DNA from: Bifidobacterium breve
GTDB taxonomy: Bacteria; Actinomycetota; Thermoleophilia; Gaiellales; F1-60-MAGs149
Direction of reading: 5' to 3'
DNA length: 44,362 nucleotides
Assembly (NCBI GenBank): GCA_945861955.1
Contig: CAMAWJ010000001.1
Coordinates: forward strand, 1 to 44,362
The notes under the pieces were generated by a model. That model had not been told where the DNA came from, made no database searches, and worked only from the letters and a program-made list of their open reading frames with translations. The position numbers and the translations under genes are program-made. Below, one piece after another: positions 18,010 to 26,252 of the stretch (positions are counted from its first letter, which is position 1; every line of letters begins with the position of its first letter).

Positions 18010-18963
18010 GTGCCCGACGCCAGCACTCCGCAGCGCAGCGCAGGACGAGAGGCTGCTATCCGTCGCCGTCGACGCGGAGTCGTGCTTGCAATCGCTGGAC
18101 TCGTCGTCGTCGCCGCGCTGGCATACGCGTTTCGACCGGGTGCTTCCGATCAGGCCTCCGGCCAGGTGGAGACGTCGCAGTCCGCCATCGATCGAGCCGC
18201 CGAGAAGGCCGCGAAGAATGCCGTTGCCGGTGCGAAGGCCGCCGACGCCGTCGAGCAGCGACTCTGGAGCCTTGGGCCGTTCGTGAGCGAGGTCCCGCCC
18301 AGCGACGGCGTCAATGCCGGCACGAGCGCAGGCAACGCTGTCGCACTGACATTCGATGATGGTCCTGGAAAAGAGACCTGGGATGTACTTGCATTGCTCA
18401 AGCGCTATCGCATGCGCGCCACATTTTTTGTGACGGGTCAGAGCGTGGTGAAAAACCCTGGTGCGCTCGCCTCGATCGTTGCAGACGGGCATGTCGTCGG
18501 GAACCACACCTGGTCGCATGCAAGCCTGCCGAGCCTCAGGGCGCCGCAACTCAAAGCCGAGATCGCCGACACGCAGGCGCTGATCGAACAGGAGACGGGG
18601 CGCAAACTCACCACCATACGCCCGCCCTTCGGCGATTTCACAGCCAAGACCAATGCCTACGTGCGTGCCCGGGGCATGCTGCCTGTGCTGTGGACCATAG
18701 ATTCCAACGACTGGGCCCTTCGCGACGCACAAGCGATTGCCACCAACGTTCTCAATTCGCCGCAGCTCAAGCCGGGAGCGATCATCCTGCTGCACGACGG
18801 ATCGACCGATCGGCAGGCCACGGTGGATGCGCTGGTGATGATTCTCGACGGACTCGTAGCCCGCGGTCTCCGTTCGGTGACGGTGCCGGAGTTGCTACGC
18901 GTCGGCCCACCGTCGATTGCGCGTCCTGGCGACTACAAGCTGAGCGACTACGCCACGGGCTAG
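18010..18963 (+). CDS. Membrane-anchored polysaccharide deacetylase (NodB homology domain)
   Basis: An N-terminal Arg-rich segment plus TM helix, then ALTFDDGP, FFVTG, GNHTWSH and LLHDG. GTG start, with TATCGT 6 nt upstream. Confidence 0.85.
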   Translation: MPDASTPQRSAGREAAIRRRRRGVVLAIAGLVVVAALAYAFRPGASDQASGQVETSQSAIDRAAEKAAKNAVAGAKAADAVEQRLWSLGPFVSEVPPSDGVNAGTSAGNAVALTFDDGPGKETWDVLALLKRYRMRATFFVTGQSVVKNPGALASIVADGHVVGNHTWSHASLPSLRAPQLKAEIADTQALIEQETGRKLTTIRPPFGDFTAKTNAYVRARGMLPVLWTIDSNDWALRDAQAIATNVLNSPQLKPGAIILLHDGSTDRQATVDALVMILDGLVARGLRSVTVPELLRVGPPSIARPGDYKLSDYATG

Positions 18964-19385
18964 GACTCGTCGTTTGAAAAAGCCGCACGCAGGCGTTCCG
19001 CATTCGCCTCGATCTGAGCCAAGTCACCAGGCACCGACGGCCATGGAAACGCAAACTGGTCGCCCTCATAGCGTGGGATCACGTGGATGTGCGAGTGGAA
19101 CACGGTCTGCCCTGCAGCCGGACGGGCGAGCGATTGGAACGTGACACCATCGGCACCGAGCCCGGCTACGACAGCGCGTCCGACGCTTGCTGCGAGCGTC
19201 ATGCACGCCGTCAGATCCTCAGCCTCAGCCTCAAGCGCATCGGCGGAGTGTCGCCGCGGGATTACGAGCGCGTGGCCGGGCGTGGCCGGGAAGATGTCCA
19301 TCAGGGCGATGGCGCGCTCGGTCTCGGCAATCCGGTAGGACGGAGTCTCATCGGCAACGATCTGGCAGAACAGGCAAGAATGCAT
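18960..19385 (-). CDS. HIT-family (histidine triad) nucleotide hydrolase/transferase
   Basis: 141 aa with CLFCQIV and the histidine triad HSHIHVIPR. Confidence 0.85.
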   Translation of the reverse strand: MHSCLFCQIVADETPSYRIAETERAIALMDIFPATPGHALVIPRRHSADALEAEAEDLTACMTLAASVGRAVVAGLGADGVTFQSLARPAAGQTVFHSHIHVIPRYEGDQFAFPWPSVPGDLAQIEANAERLRAAFSNDES

Positions 19386-20766
19386 GGCGGGATCCTATCG
19401 CGTGCTTCCGAGCTGTGCTGGTCGCGCCAGCGGCGCGCGAGCATCCGAAGCGACTGATATCTCTTGGCGGGTGAGCGCGTTCTCCGACCCGCGGTGGTTT
19501 GATCGTGCAGCGGTCGTTGAGCGCGACGAGGTGCTCTGCCGCGCAGTACCGCAACCCGACGGTGCGCTGATTCGCGCAGCCGAGACGCAGTCCGGAGCAA
19601 CGCTCGACGTCGTGACGTTTCGCATCGTCGAGGGCGCTCTGGCCGGGCACCACGCGGGCCTGCTGATCTGGCCGCCGCGATCGGCCAGTGATCTCGAACG
19701 TACCCTCGGTCCGCTCGCCTCGACTCTGGACCGCGAGGACCTCGAGCGTCGCCTCGCGGACGTGACAGTCCGCTGCCGCGTCGAGACGTCGCCCTTTGGC
19801 GACCTCGAGGTACGCAAGGTGCTCGCAGTTGTCGACGATCATCCGCTGCCCGAGGCTGCCGGACCCATTCCACCAACGATCCGGCCCGATCTATTACCTG
19901 CTGCTCCGAGCGAGCCGCCCACCACGCGCGTCCACGTGATCCGGACACCAGAGGAGGTGCAGGAGGCGGTGGCGTTGTTGGAGGGCGTCGCCGTCGTCGG
20001 CTTCGATATCGAAACGACCTGTACGCGTCTGCCACCGGAGCAGCGTGAGGACCGCGGTGCCTTCGAACCATGGAATGGCACGGTTCGGTTGGTCCAGATT
20101 GGGATCATCGGACCGGACGGTGAAGCGCTCGCACTCGTGATCGACTGCTGGGAAGTCGATCCCGGGCCCGTGCTACGGCTGCTGGCCGATGGGCGTCTCG
20201 TGCTCTCCCACAACGCGAAGTTTGAGCAGGCCTGGATCAAGTACCGCTGGAACATCGAGATTGCGGAACTGCTCGACACCTGCGCCTGGTGGTCGGTGAT
20301 CGCGGGACACCTCAACGCCGCCGGCTTCGAGCATGGGCTCGCCGACGCAAAGCTGGTCACGCTCGCGGAGCGGTTTCTACACGCCGAACTGGACAAGACG
20401 TTTCAGGCCTCGGACTGGGCGGCGGAAGAACTGTCGGAGGGTCAACTCGCGTACGCGGGTGAGGACGCAACGATCCTGCTGCCGCTGGCCTATCTGCTCG
20501 AGCAGATAGGCGAAGAGTTGGGCTGTGCTGAGCAGGCGCGGATGGCGTCCCGGGCCGGAGCACGGCGAGCCGCAATCTCGACCCACTATGCGGCCGACCG
20601 CCACCTAGACGAGCACGCAGAGGCCTTGGACATGATCCGCGATGCCAGCTCGGTGGAGAACCTCGGCGAGGTCGGTGCGATCCTTCGTCGGCTCGTGTTG
20701 AGCGCCGCGTCCCGGCAGACAGTCGGAGCCGCCTACGTGGCGCGTCGGTCCGAACTTTTGGCCTGA
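19384..20766 (+). CDS. DEDDy-type 3'-5' exonuclease domain protein (RNase D / Pol A exo-like) with an unassigned N-terminal domain of about 180 aa
   Basis: Exo motifs VVGFDIETT (I), LSHNAKFEQAWI (II) and YAGEDATILLPLA (III) are present. The N-terminal 180 aa and the C-terminal 80 aa match nothing I recognise. The start is uncertain, because ATG 19384 overlaps the HIT start on the other strand. Confidence 0.7.
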   Translation: MAGSYRVLPSCAGRASGARASEATDISWRVSAFSDPRWFDRAAVVERDEVLCRAVPQPDGALIRAAETQSGATLDVVTFRIVEGALAGHHAGLLIWPPRSASDLERTLGPLASTLDREDLERRLADVTVRCRVETSPFGDLEVRKVLAVVDDHPLPEAAGPIPPTIRPDLLPAAPSEPPTTRVHVIRTPEEVQEAVALLEGVAVVGFDIETTCTRLPPEQREDRGAFEPWNGTVRLVQIGIIGPDGEALALVIDCWEVDPGPVLRLLADGRLVLSHNAKFEQAWIKYRWNIEIAELLDTCAWWSVIAGHLNAAGFEHGLADAKLVTLAERFLHAELDKTFQASDWAAEELSEGQLAYAGEDATILLPLAYLLEQIGEELGCAEQARMASRAGARRAAISTHYAADRHLDEHAEALDMIRDASSVENLGEVGAILRRLVLSAASRQTVGAAYVARRSELLA

Positions 20767-21104
20767 GCATCTGCTCGGCGATCCCAAGCGCCACTGAAGA
20801 GTGCCCACGAGGCGACACCGGCCACCACGGTAATCGCGCCGACGTGACGGCGATGCTGCTGCGGGGTCAGGCAAAGGGCGACCGTCGCACCAATGCTCGC
20901 GTGCAGCACATACAGCGCGTGTTCCGCCGACCCTAAGCGCTGCCGTGGCTGCGGTACGTCTAACGGCCACCAGAGCCGTGGTAGCCTCTCGTTGAGGTCG
21001 TCATGGACGCGATTTATGCCCTCATCAAAGCCCCGAAGACGCCGACTTAGGCGATCGGGAAGGGTGGTTGAGTGGGTTGCCGCGTCCTGATCCATGTGCC
21101 TCAT
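20733..21104 (-). CDS. Hypothetical small protein with two predicted TM helices
   Basis: ORF 20733..21386 trimmed to the ATG at 21104, since the upstream part is antisense to rplM. By hand count GC3 is about two-thirds, similar to neighbouring genes. No homology recognised, and it could be non-coding. Confidence 0.35.
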   Translation of the reverse strand: MRHMDQDAATHSTTLPDRLSRRLRGFDEGINRVHDDLNERLPRLWWPLDVPQPRQRLGSAEHALYVLHASIGATVALCLTPQQHRRHVGAITVVAGVASWALFSGAWDRRADAQAKSSDRRAT

Positions 21105-21149
21105 GCTACGGTTCCGCGCCGTGCGGTACCAACCCGTGCCTAACTGACA

Positions 21150-21581
21150 ATGCCACAAAAGACACTCTCCGCCAAGCCCGCTGATGTTCAACACGGCTGG
21201 TACATCATCGACGCCGATGGTGAGGTGCTCGGTCGCCTCGCAACCCGCATTGCTGACGCTCTGCGCGGCAAGGGCAAGACCAACTTCACCCCGCACGTAG
21301 ACACCGGCGATTTCGTCGTGGTGATCAACTGCGAGCGCATCCGCGTGACGGGTAACAAGCTCGAGCAGAAGATGTACTACAACCACTCAGGTTACCCCGG
21401 TGGTCTGCGCGAGCGCACACTGCAGGAGCAGCTCGACCGCAACCCGGTCGAGGTCATCCGCCATGCCGTCAAGGGCATGATTCCGAAGAGCAAGCTCGGC
21501 GATGCTCAGATGCGCAAGTTGAAGATCTACGCCGGCTCCGACCATCCGCACGCGGCCCAGTTGCCGCAGCCACTGCCGTAG
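21150..21581 (+). CDS. rplM: 50S ribosomal protein L13
   Basis: [23 protein letters not shown] and [10 protein letters not shown] match L13. Confidence 0.95.
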   Translation: MPQKTLSAKPADVQHGWYIIDADGEVLGRLATRIADALRGKGKTNFTPHVDTGDFVVVINCERIRVTGNKLEQKMYYNHSGYPGGLRERTLQEQLDRNPVEVIRHAVKGMIPKSKLGDAQMRKLKIYAGSDHPHAAQLPQPLP

Positions 21582-21597
21582 GGCAAGGGGACTCTCT

Positions 21598-21993
21598 GTG
21601 AGCGAAAAGGCCATGTATCGGGCAACCGGAAAGCGCAAGACCTCGGTCGCGCGCGTCATCCTGACACCGGGAACCGGCATCGTGACGGCCAACGGTCGTC
21701 CGGCTGAGCAGTACTTCGATCGTGCTCCCCTCCGCGCTTTGGCACTCAGTCCGCTCGAGGCCGTTGGCCTGACGGGCAGCTTCGACGTGAAACTTCTCCT
21801 GCACGGCGGCGGCGTCAGTGGCCAGGCCGGCGCAACGCGCCACGGCATTGCGCGTGCACTCGTTGAGGCCGATCCAAACCTCCGCCCCGAGCTGAAGAAG
21901 GCCGGTTTCTTGGCCCGCGACGCCCGTGCTGTCGAGCGCAAGAAGGCAGGCCTGAAGAAGGCCCGCAAGCGCCCGCAGTTCTCTAAGCGCTAG
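21598..21993 (+). CDS. rpsI: 30S ribosomal protein S9
   Basis: [12 protein letters not shown] and the C-terminal [27 protein letters not shown] start with AAGGGGA upstream. Confidence 0.95.
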   Translation: MSEKAMYRATGKRKTSVARVILTPGTGIVTANGRPAEQYFDRAPLRALALSPLEAVGLTGSFDVKLLLHGGGVSGQAGATRHGIARALVEADPNLRPELKKAGFLARDARAVERKKAGLKKARKRPQFSKR

Positions 21994-22004
21994 GTTCTCG
22001 CGCG

Positions 22005-23345
22005 GTGGCCCGCGCCTGGTTTGGGACGGACGGCATTCGTGGCGTCGCCAACGAGCGCCTGACGGCAGAGCTTGCGTTGCGCGTAGGACGCGCTACAGCG
22101 CTCCATGCTGGAGCGACACACCCTCAGCCGATGATCCTAATCGGTCGGGATACGCGACGCTCCGGCACGATGCTCGAGGATGCGCTGGCCGCAGGCATTG
22201 CTTCCGTCGGTGGCTCAGCGGTACGCCTCGGCGTCCTGCCAACCCCAGCCGTCGCTTGGAACGTGCTGCAGCACAACGCGGCGGCAGGCGTTGTTGTTAG
22301 CGCCAGCCACAACCCGTTCGCAGATAACGGCATCAAGTTGTTTGGTGCCGACGGCTTTAAGCTGCTCGACGCCGAGGAAGAGGCGATCGAGGACCTGCTG
22401 GACTCCACAGCCGTACTCCCAACCGGGGAGCACATCGGCATCACGCAGACGCTGAACGGCGCGGCTGAGGCCTACGCAGATTGGGTGCTGCAGGTGGCGG
22501 GCACCGAACTCTCCGGACAGCGCATCGTCGTCGACTGTGCCCATGGCGCCGCCAGCACTGTCGCTCCTCACCTCTTCAGTCGTCTCGGCGCCGACGTGAC
22601 GCTCGTGGCGTGTGCGCCCGACGGCGTCAACATCAACGTCGACTGCGGCTCGACGCATCTCGCGTATGTCGCAGCAGCCGTACAAGAGCACGGCGCCGAG
22701 TTGGGGATTGCCTTCGACGGCGATGCCGATCGCGTGCTGTTCGTGACCGCAGAGGGCGCTTCGGTCGATGGCGACCATATTCTGGCGATTCTGGCTGCCG
22801 ATGCTCTGCAGCGCGATGCGTTGCCTGGCAATCGCGTCGTCGTCACGAGCATGGCCAACCTTGGTGCACATCATGCACTGCTGGCGCTGGGCTGTTCGCT
22901 CGGGATCACGGACGTGGGCGACCGCTACGTGCTCGAGGCGATGCGCCGAGACGGTGCTGTGCTCGGAGGCGAGCAGTCTGGGCACGTGATTGCGCTCGAT
23001 CATCAGACCACGGGCGACGGACCGTTGACGGCCGTCATGATGCTGGCAGCCCTGCAGCGCTCCGGCCAATCGCTCGGCGAAGCGGCCCGGGCGGTCGAGA
23101 AGTTTCCCCAGCAGTTGATCAGTGTCACCGCCTCCCGCGAGGGACTGCAGGACTGCGAACCGCTCTGGAGCGCCGTAGCGGCCGCCGAGGCGACGCTCGG
23201 AAGCGATGGGCGCATTGTCCTGCGTGCTTCGGGCACGGAGCCACTGGTGCGCGTGATGGTCGAAGCCCGCGACGCGGACCAGTGCGCAGCGATTGCGGCC
23301 GACCTGGTCGCGATTGTCGAACGCGAACTGCCCGTCACCCAGTAG
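22005..23345 (+). CDS. glmM: Phosphoglucosamine mutase
   Basis: FGTDGIRG, the phosphoserine loop SASHNPFADNGIK, FDGDADR and GGEQSGH. Confidence 0.95.
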   Translation: MARAWFGTDGIRGVANERLTAELALRVGRATALHAGATHPQPMILIGRDTRRSGTMLEDALAAGIASVGGSAVRLGVLPTPAVAWNVLQHNAAAGVVVSASHNPFADNGIKLFGADGFKLLDAEEEAIEDLLDSTAVLPTGEHIGITQTLNGAAEAYADWVLQVAGTELSGQRIVVDCAHGAASTVAPHLFSRLGADVTLVACAPDGVNINVDCGSTHLAYVAAAVQEHGAELGIAFDGDADRVLFVTAEGASVDGDHILAILAADALQRDALPGNRVVVTSMANLGAHHALLALGCSLGITDVGDRYVLEAMRRDGAVLGGEQSGHVIALDHQTTGDGPLTAVMMLAALQRSGQSLGEAARAVEKFPQQLISVTASREGLQDCEPLWSAVAAAEATLGSDGRIVLRASGTEPLVRVMVEARDADQCAAIAADLVAIVERELPVTQ

Positions 23346-23376
23346 GTCCGCGGGCAGGACGTATACGCTTCCACCT

Positions 23377-25215
23377 GTGTGCGGGATCATCGGGTACGTC
23401 GGGGCACGGCCCTGCAAAGAATTGGTCCTAACCGGGCTCGAGCATCTCGAGTACCGCGGCTACGACTCGGCCGGAATGGTGCTGGTCGGCGACGCTGGTC
23501 TCGAGCGTGCCCGTGCCGTCGGTCCCGTCAAAGCCCTGCGGGCCGTCTCGGACACGCTCTCGACGACCGCAGCCGTCGGCATGGGGCACACCCGCTGGGC
23601 GACGCATGGCGTCGTCGCAGAGCGCAACGCGCACCCGTTTCTGTCGGAGGACAGCCGCTTTGGTGTCCTGATGAATGGCATCTTCGAGAATTACATCGAC
23701 CTCCGCGCGCAGGTCGCTGCCGCGGGACACACGCTGACCTCGGACACCGACACGGAGGCGCTCGTCCACCTGCTCGAGGACGAGTACGACGGCGATCTTG
23801 CCGAGACCATTCGTCGGCTCTATCCGCGCCTTGAGGGCCACTTCGCCTTCCTCGTGGTCTGCCGCGATGAACCCGACCGAATCGTCGGGGCTCGCCTCGC
23901 GTGGCCGCCGCTGGTGGTGGGCCGCGGTGAGGGGGAGACGTTCCTCGCCTCGTTTACACCAGCCTTCCTCGAGGAGACGCGCTCGATCCAGATCGTGGAG
24001 GAGGGCGAGATCGTGATCGCCACCGCCGACGGCGTCGAGTTCCGTGCCGTCACCGATGGTTCGATTCGCGAACACCCGATTGAGCAGGCAGATGAGTCGC
24101 TCGAAGTCGCCGCCAAGGGTGGCTATGAGACCTTCATGTTGAAGGAGATCCACGAGCAGCCGACGGCCATCGCCGACACGATTGCGGAGCGGTTTCTTCA
24201 CGGTGAGTTGCACCTCGACGGCATCGGCCTGACCGACGACGAGTTGCGTGGGATAAATCGCGTTCTGATCGTTGGCTGTGGCACGGCCTTGCACGCCGGG
24301 CTTGTCGGCCGCTATCTGATCGAGGACTGGGGTGGGGTTGCGACCGAGGCCGACGTGGCCAGCGAGTGGCGCTATCGCAACGGTGTCTTTGATCCGAAGA
24401 CGCTCGTGATCGCGATCTCGCAGTCGGGCGAGACGGCCGACACGCTCGCTGCGATGCAGATCGCTCGCGAGCGCGGAGCACGCGTTGTTGCTGTCACCAA
24501 CATCATGGGTTCCGCTGTGTCCCGGGCCGCAGATGGCGTGCTCTACACCCGCGCCGGCCTCGAGATCGGCGTCGCCGCAAGCAAGACGTTCACCTCGCAG
24601 GTGACACTGATGACGCTGCTGGCGCTGCATCTCGGAGCCGTGCGCGGCAACCTCAGCACCCAACAGGTGGCGGAGATCGGCAACGAGTTACGTGGTCTGC
24701 CCGACTTGGTGCAGCGCATCCTCGACGACAGCGCCATGGATGCCCAGTTGGACATGCTCGCCGACCGTTTTGCGCACGATCGTTTCTTCCTCTACTTAGG
24801 GCGCCACCTCGGCCTGCCGATCTGCCAGGAGGGCGCGCTCAAGTTGAAGGAGATCTCGTACATCCCGACAGACGCCTACGCCGCTGGTGAGATGAAGCAC
24901 GGTCCGATCGCGCTGCTCGGCGACGATACGCCGGTCGTGGCCGTCGCGACCGATAGCCATGTCTTCGAGAAGATGGCATCGAACCTTGAAGAGGTGCGGG
25001 CGCGTGGTGCCCATGTGATCGCCGTTGGCACCGAGGGCAACACGACGATCGCTCAGCATGCCGAGCACGTGTTGTACGTCCCGCGGACGCGCCCCGAGCT
25101 CCAGCCGATTTTGGCTGTCATCCCTCTGCAGATGCTGGCCTACAAGATTGCGGGTCGTCTCGGGCTCGACGTTGATCGTCCGCGTAACCTCGCCAAGACC
25201 GTCACGGTCGAGTGA
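23377..25215 (+). CDS. glmS: Glutamine--fructose-6-phosphate aminotransferase (isomerising)
   Basis: The GTG at 23377 gives the obligatory N-terminal (M)CGIIGYVG. Two SIS domains are present, and the protein ends LAKTVTVE. Confidence 0.95.
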   Translation: MCGIIGYVGARPCKELVLTGLEHLEYRGYDSAGMVLVGDAGLERARAVGPVKALRAVSDTLSTTAAVGMGHTRWATHGVVAERNAHPFLSEDSRFGVLMNGIFENYIDLRAQVAAAGHTLTSDTDTEALVHLLEDEYDGDLAETIRRLYPRLEGHFAFLVVCRDEPDRIVGARLAWPPLVVGRGEGETFLASFTPAFLEETRSIQIVEEGEIVIATADGVEFRAVTDGSIREHPIEQADESLEVAAKGGYETFMLKEIHEQPTAIADTIAERFLHGELHLDGIGLTDDELRGINRVLIVGCGTALHAGLVGRYLIEDWGGVATEADVASEWRYRNGVFDPKTLVIAISQSGETADTLAAMQIARERGARVVAVTNIMGSAVSRAADGVLYTRAGLEIGVAASKTFTSQVTLMTLLALHLGAVRGNLSTQQVAEIGNELRGLPDLVQRILDDSAMDAQLDMLADRFAHDRFFLYLGRHLGLPICQEGALKLKEISYIPTDAYAAGEMKHGPIALLGDDTPVVAVATDSHVFEKMASNLEEVRARGAHVIAVGTEGNTTIAQHAEHVLYVPRTRPELQPILAVIPLQMLAYKIAGRLGLDVDRPRNLAKTVTVE

Positions 25216-25607
25216 GCGAGGGCCTAGACGCACCCCGTTTGCTCATCGGGCTAGACCTGATCGAGATCGAACGGGTGGAGCGAGCGCTGCTACGGCACCC
25301 AGAACGCTTCCGTACGCGCTGTTTTACGCCCACTGAGGTAGACGAGCTCGATCGCAAGCCACGGCCCGCAGAGAGTTACGCAGGGCGCTTTGCGGCGAAG
25401 GAGGCCGTTGGCAAGGCGCTCGGGACCGGTGTGCACTTCACCTGGACCGAGATCGAAGTCGCCGGTCGGGGCAAACCGACCGTCACGCTGCACGGCTGGA
25501 CAGCCGACGTAGCGGCCCGCAAAGGCGTGATTGCGATCGACGTGTCGATCACGCACTCGCGCACCACAAGCGCGGCGGTTGCGATCGCGATCCTCGGTCC
25601 CGAATAG
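25212..25607 (+). CDS. acpS: Holo-[acyl-carrier-protein] synthase
   Basis: IGLDLIEIERV, FAAKEAVGKALG and ISITHS-like VSITHS. The GTG start overlaps the glmS stop. Confidence 0.88.
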   Translation: MSEGLDAPRLLIGLDLIEIERVERALLRHPERFRTRCFTPTEVDELDRKPRPAESYAGRFAAKEAVGKALGTGVHFTWTEIEVAGRGKPTVTLHGWTADVAARKGVIAIDVSITHSRTTSAAVAIAILGPE

Positions 25608-25622
25608 GGTCGAGCGAGAGGA

Positions 25623-26174
25623 TTAGCTCTCGTCGTCAGGAGCTTCGGCGGCGTCTTCCGCAGGAGCTTCCTCGGCGTCAGCAGGCTTAGCAACTGCCTT
25701 CTTCGCCGCGGGCTTCTTGGCAGCAGCCTTCTTGACCGGAACCCCGGTTGCCTCTTCCTCGACGGGAGCCTCAACAACCTGCTCCTCTTCGACAACGTCG
25801 ACCTCTTCGACAACGTCGACCTCTTCGACAACGGCTTCGGTCTCGGTGACCTTCGCAGCGGCCTTCGTCGCGGTCTTACGCGTGACGCGGCGCTTCTTGG
25901 TCTCCTCGAGCTGAGGACCGCGAGCGATGACGCGCGTAACGCGGGCCTTCTTGCGGGAGGCAGTGTTCTGGTGGAGGGCACGCTTTGCCGTCGCGCGGTC
26001 GATCAACGAGACGTAATCCTTGTGTGCCGTCTCGATCGCAGCGGCATCGCCGCCCTGGACCGCTTCAACAACGCGTCGGAATGCCGTCTTGATCGACGAG
26101 CGGTAGCGGATGTTTTCCATGCGCTGACGCTCAGCGACGAGGATGCGCTTCTTCTGTTGCTTGATGTTGGCCAT
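25623..26174 (-). CDS. rpsT: 30S ribosomal protein S20 with a low-complexity C-terminal extension of about 95 aa
   Basis: MANIKQQKKRILVAERQRMENIRYRSSIKTA... is the S20 core of about 88 aa. It continues with TKKRRVTRKTATKAAAKVTETEAVVEEVDVVEEVDVVEEEQVVEAP...KKAAAKKPAAKKAVAKPADAEE... The start is at CAT 26172-26174. Confidence 0.88.
   Translation of the reverse strand: MANIKQQKKRILVAERQRMENIRYRSSIKTAFRRVVEAVQGGDAAAIETAHKDYVSLIDRATAKRALHQNTASRKKARVTRVIARGPQLEETKKRRVTRKTATKAAAKVTETEAVVEEVDVVEEVDVVEEEQVVEAPVEEEATGVPVKKAAAKKPAAKKAVAKPADAEEAPAEDAAEAPDDES
25785..25832. repeat. 18-bp tandem repeat (CTCTTCGACAACGTCGAC, about 2.7 copies) inside the rpsT tail
   Basis: Direct reading of 25785-25802, 25803-25820 and the partial copy 25821-25832. 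It encodes the (VEEVDV)n segment on the minus strand. Confidence 0.9.
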
Positions 26175-26252
26175 GCACTCTTCCGTCAACCCGGGGGACT
26201 TCCCGCGACGCGCAGGAGGGTAGCATGAGCGCCAATCGCTCCGCGCAACCGG

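Noticed and set aside
20893-21090. 65-aa plus-strand ORF upstream of rplM, or an rplM leader peptide
   Set aside because: The sequence is Cys/Arg/Ser-rich and implausible, with no SD. It overlaps the somewhat more plausible minus-strand membrane ORF, and nothing supports either a leader peptide or an L13 leader structure.
23346-23376. Possible glmS ribozyme upstream of glmS
   Set aside because: Only 31 nt separate the glmM stop from the glmS GTG. That is far too short for the ribozyme, which is about 170 nt, and the element is not expected in this lineage.
22215-24663. Two long minus-strand ORFs (400 aa and 411 aa)
   Set aside because: They are shadow ORFs antisense to glmM and glmS, and I recognise no domains in them.
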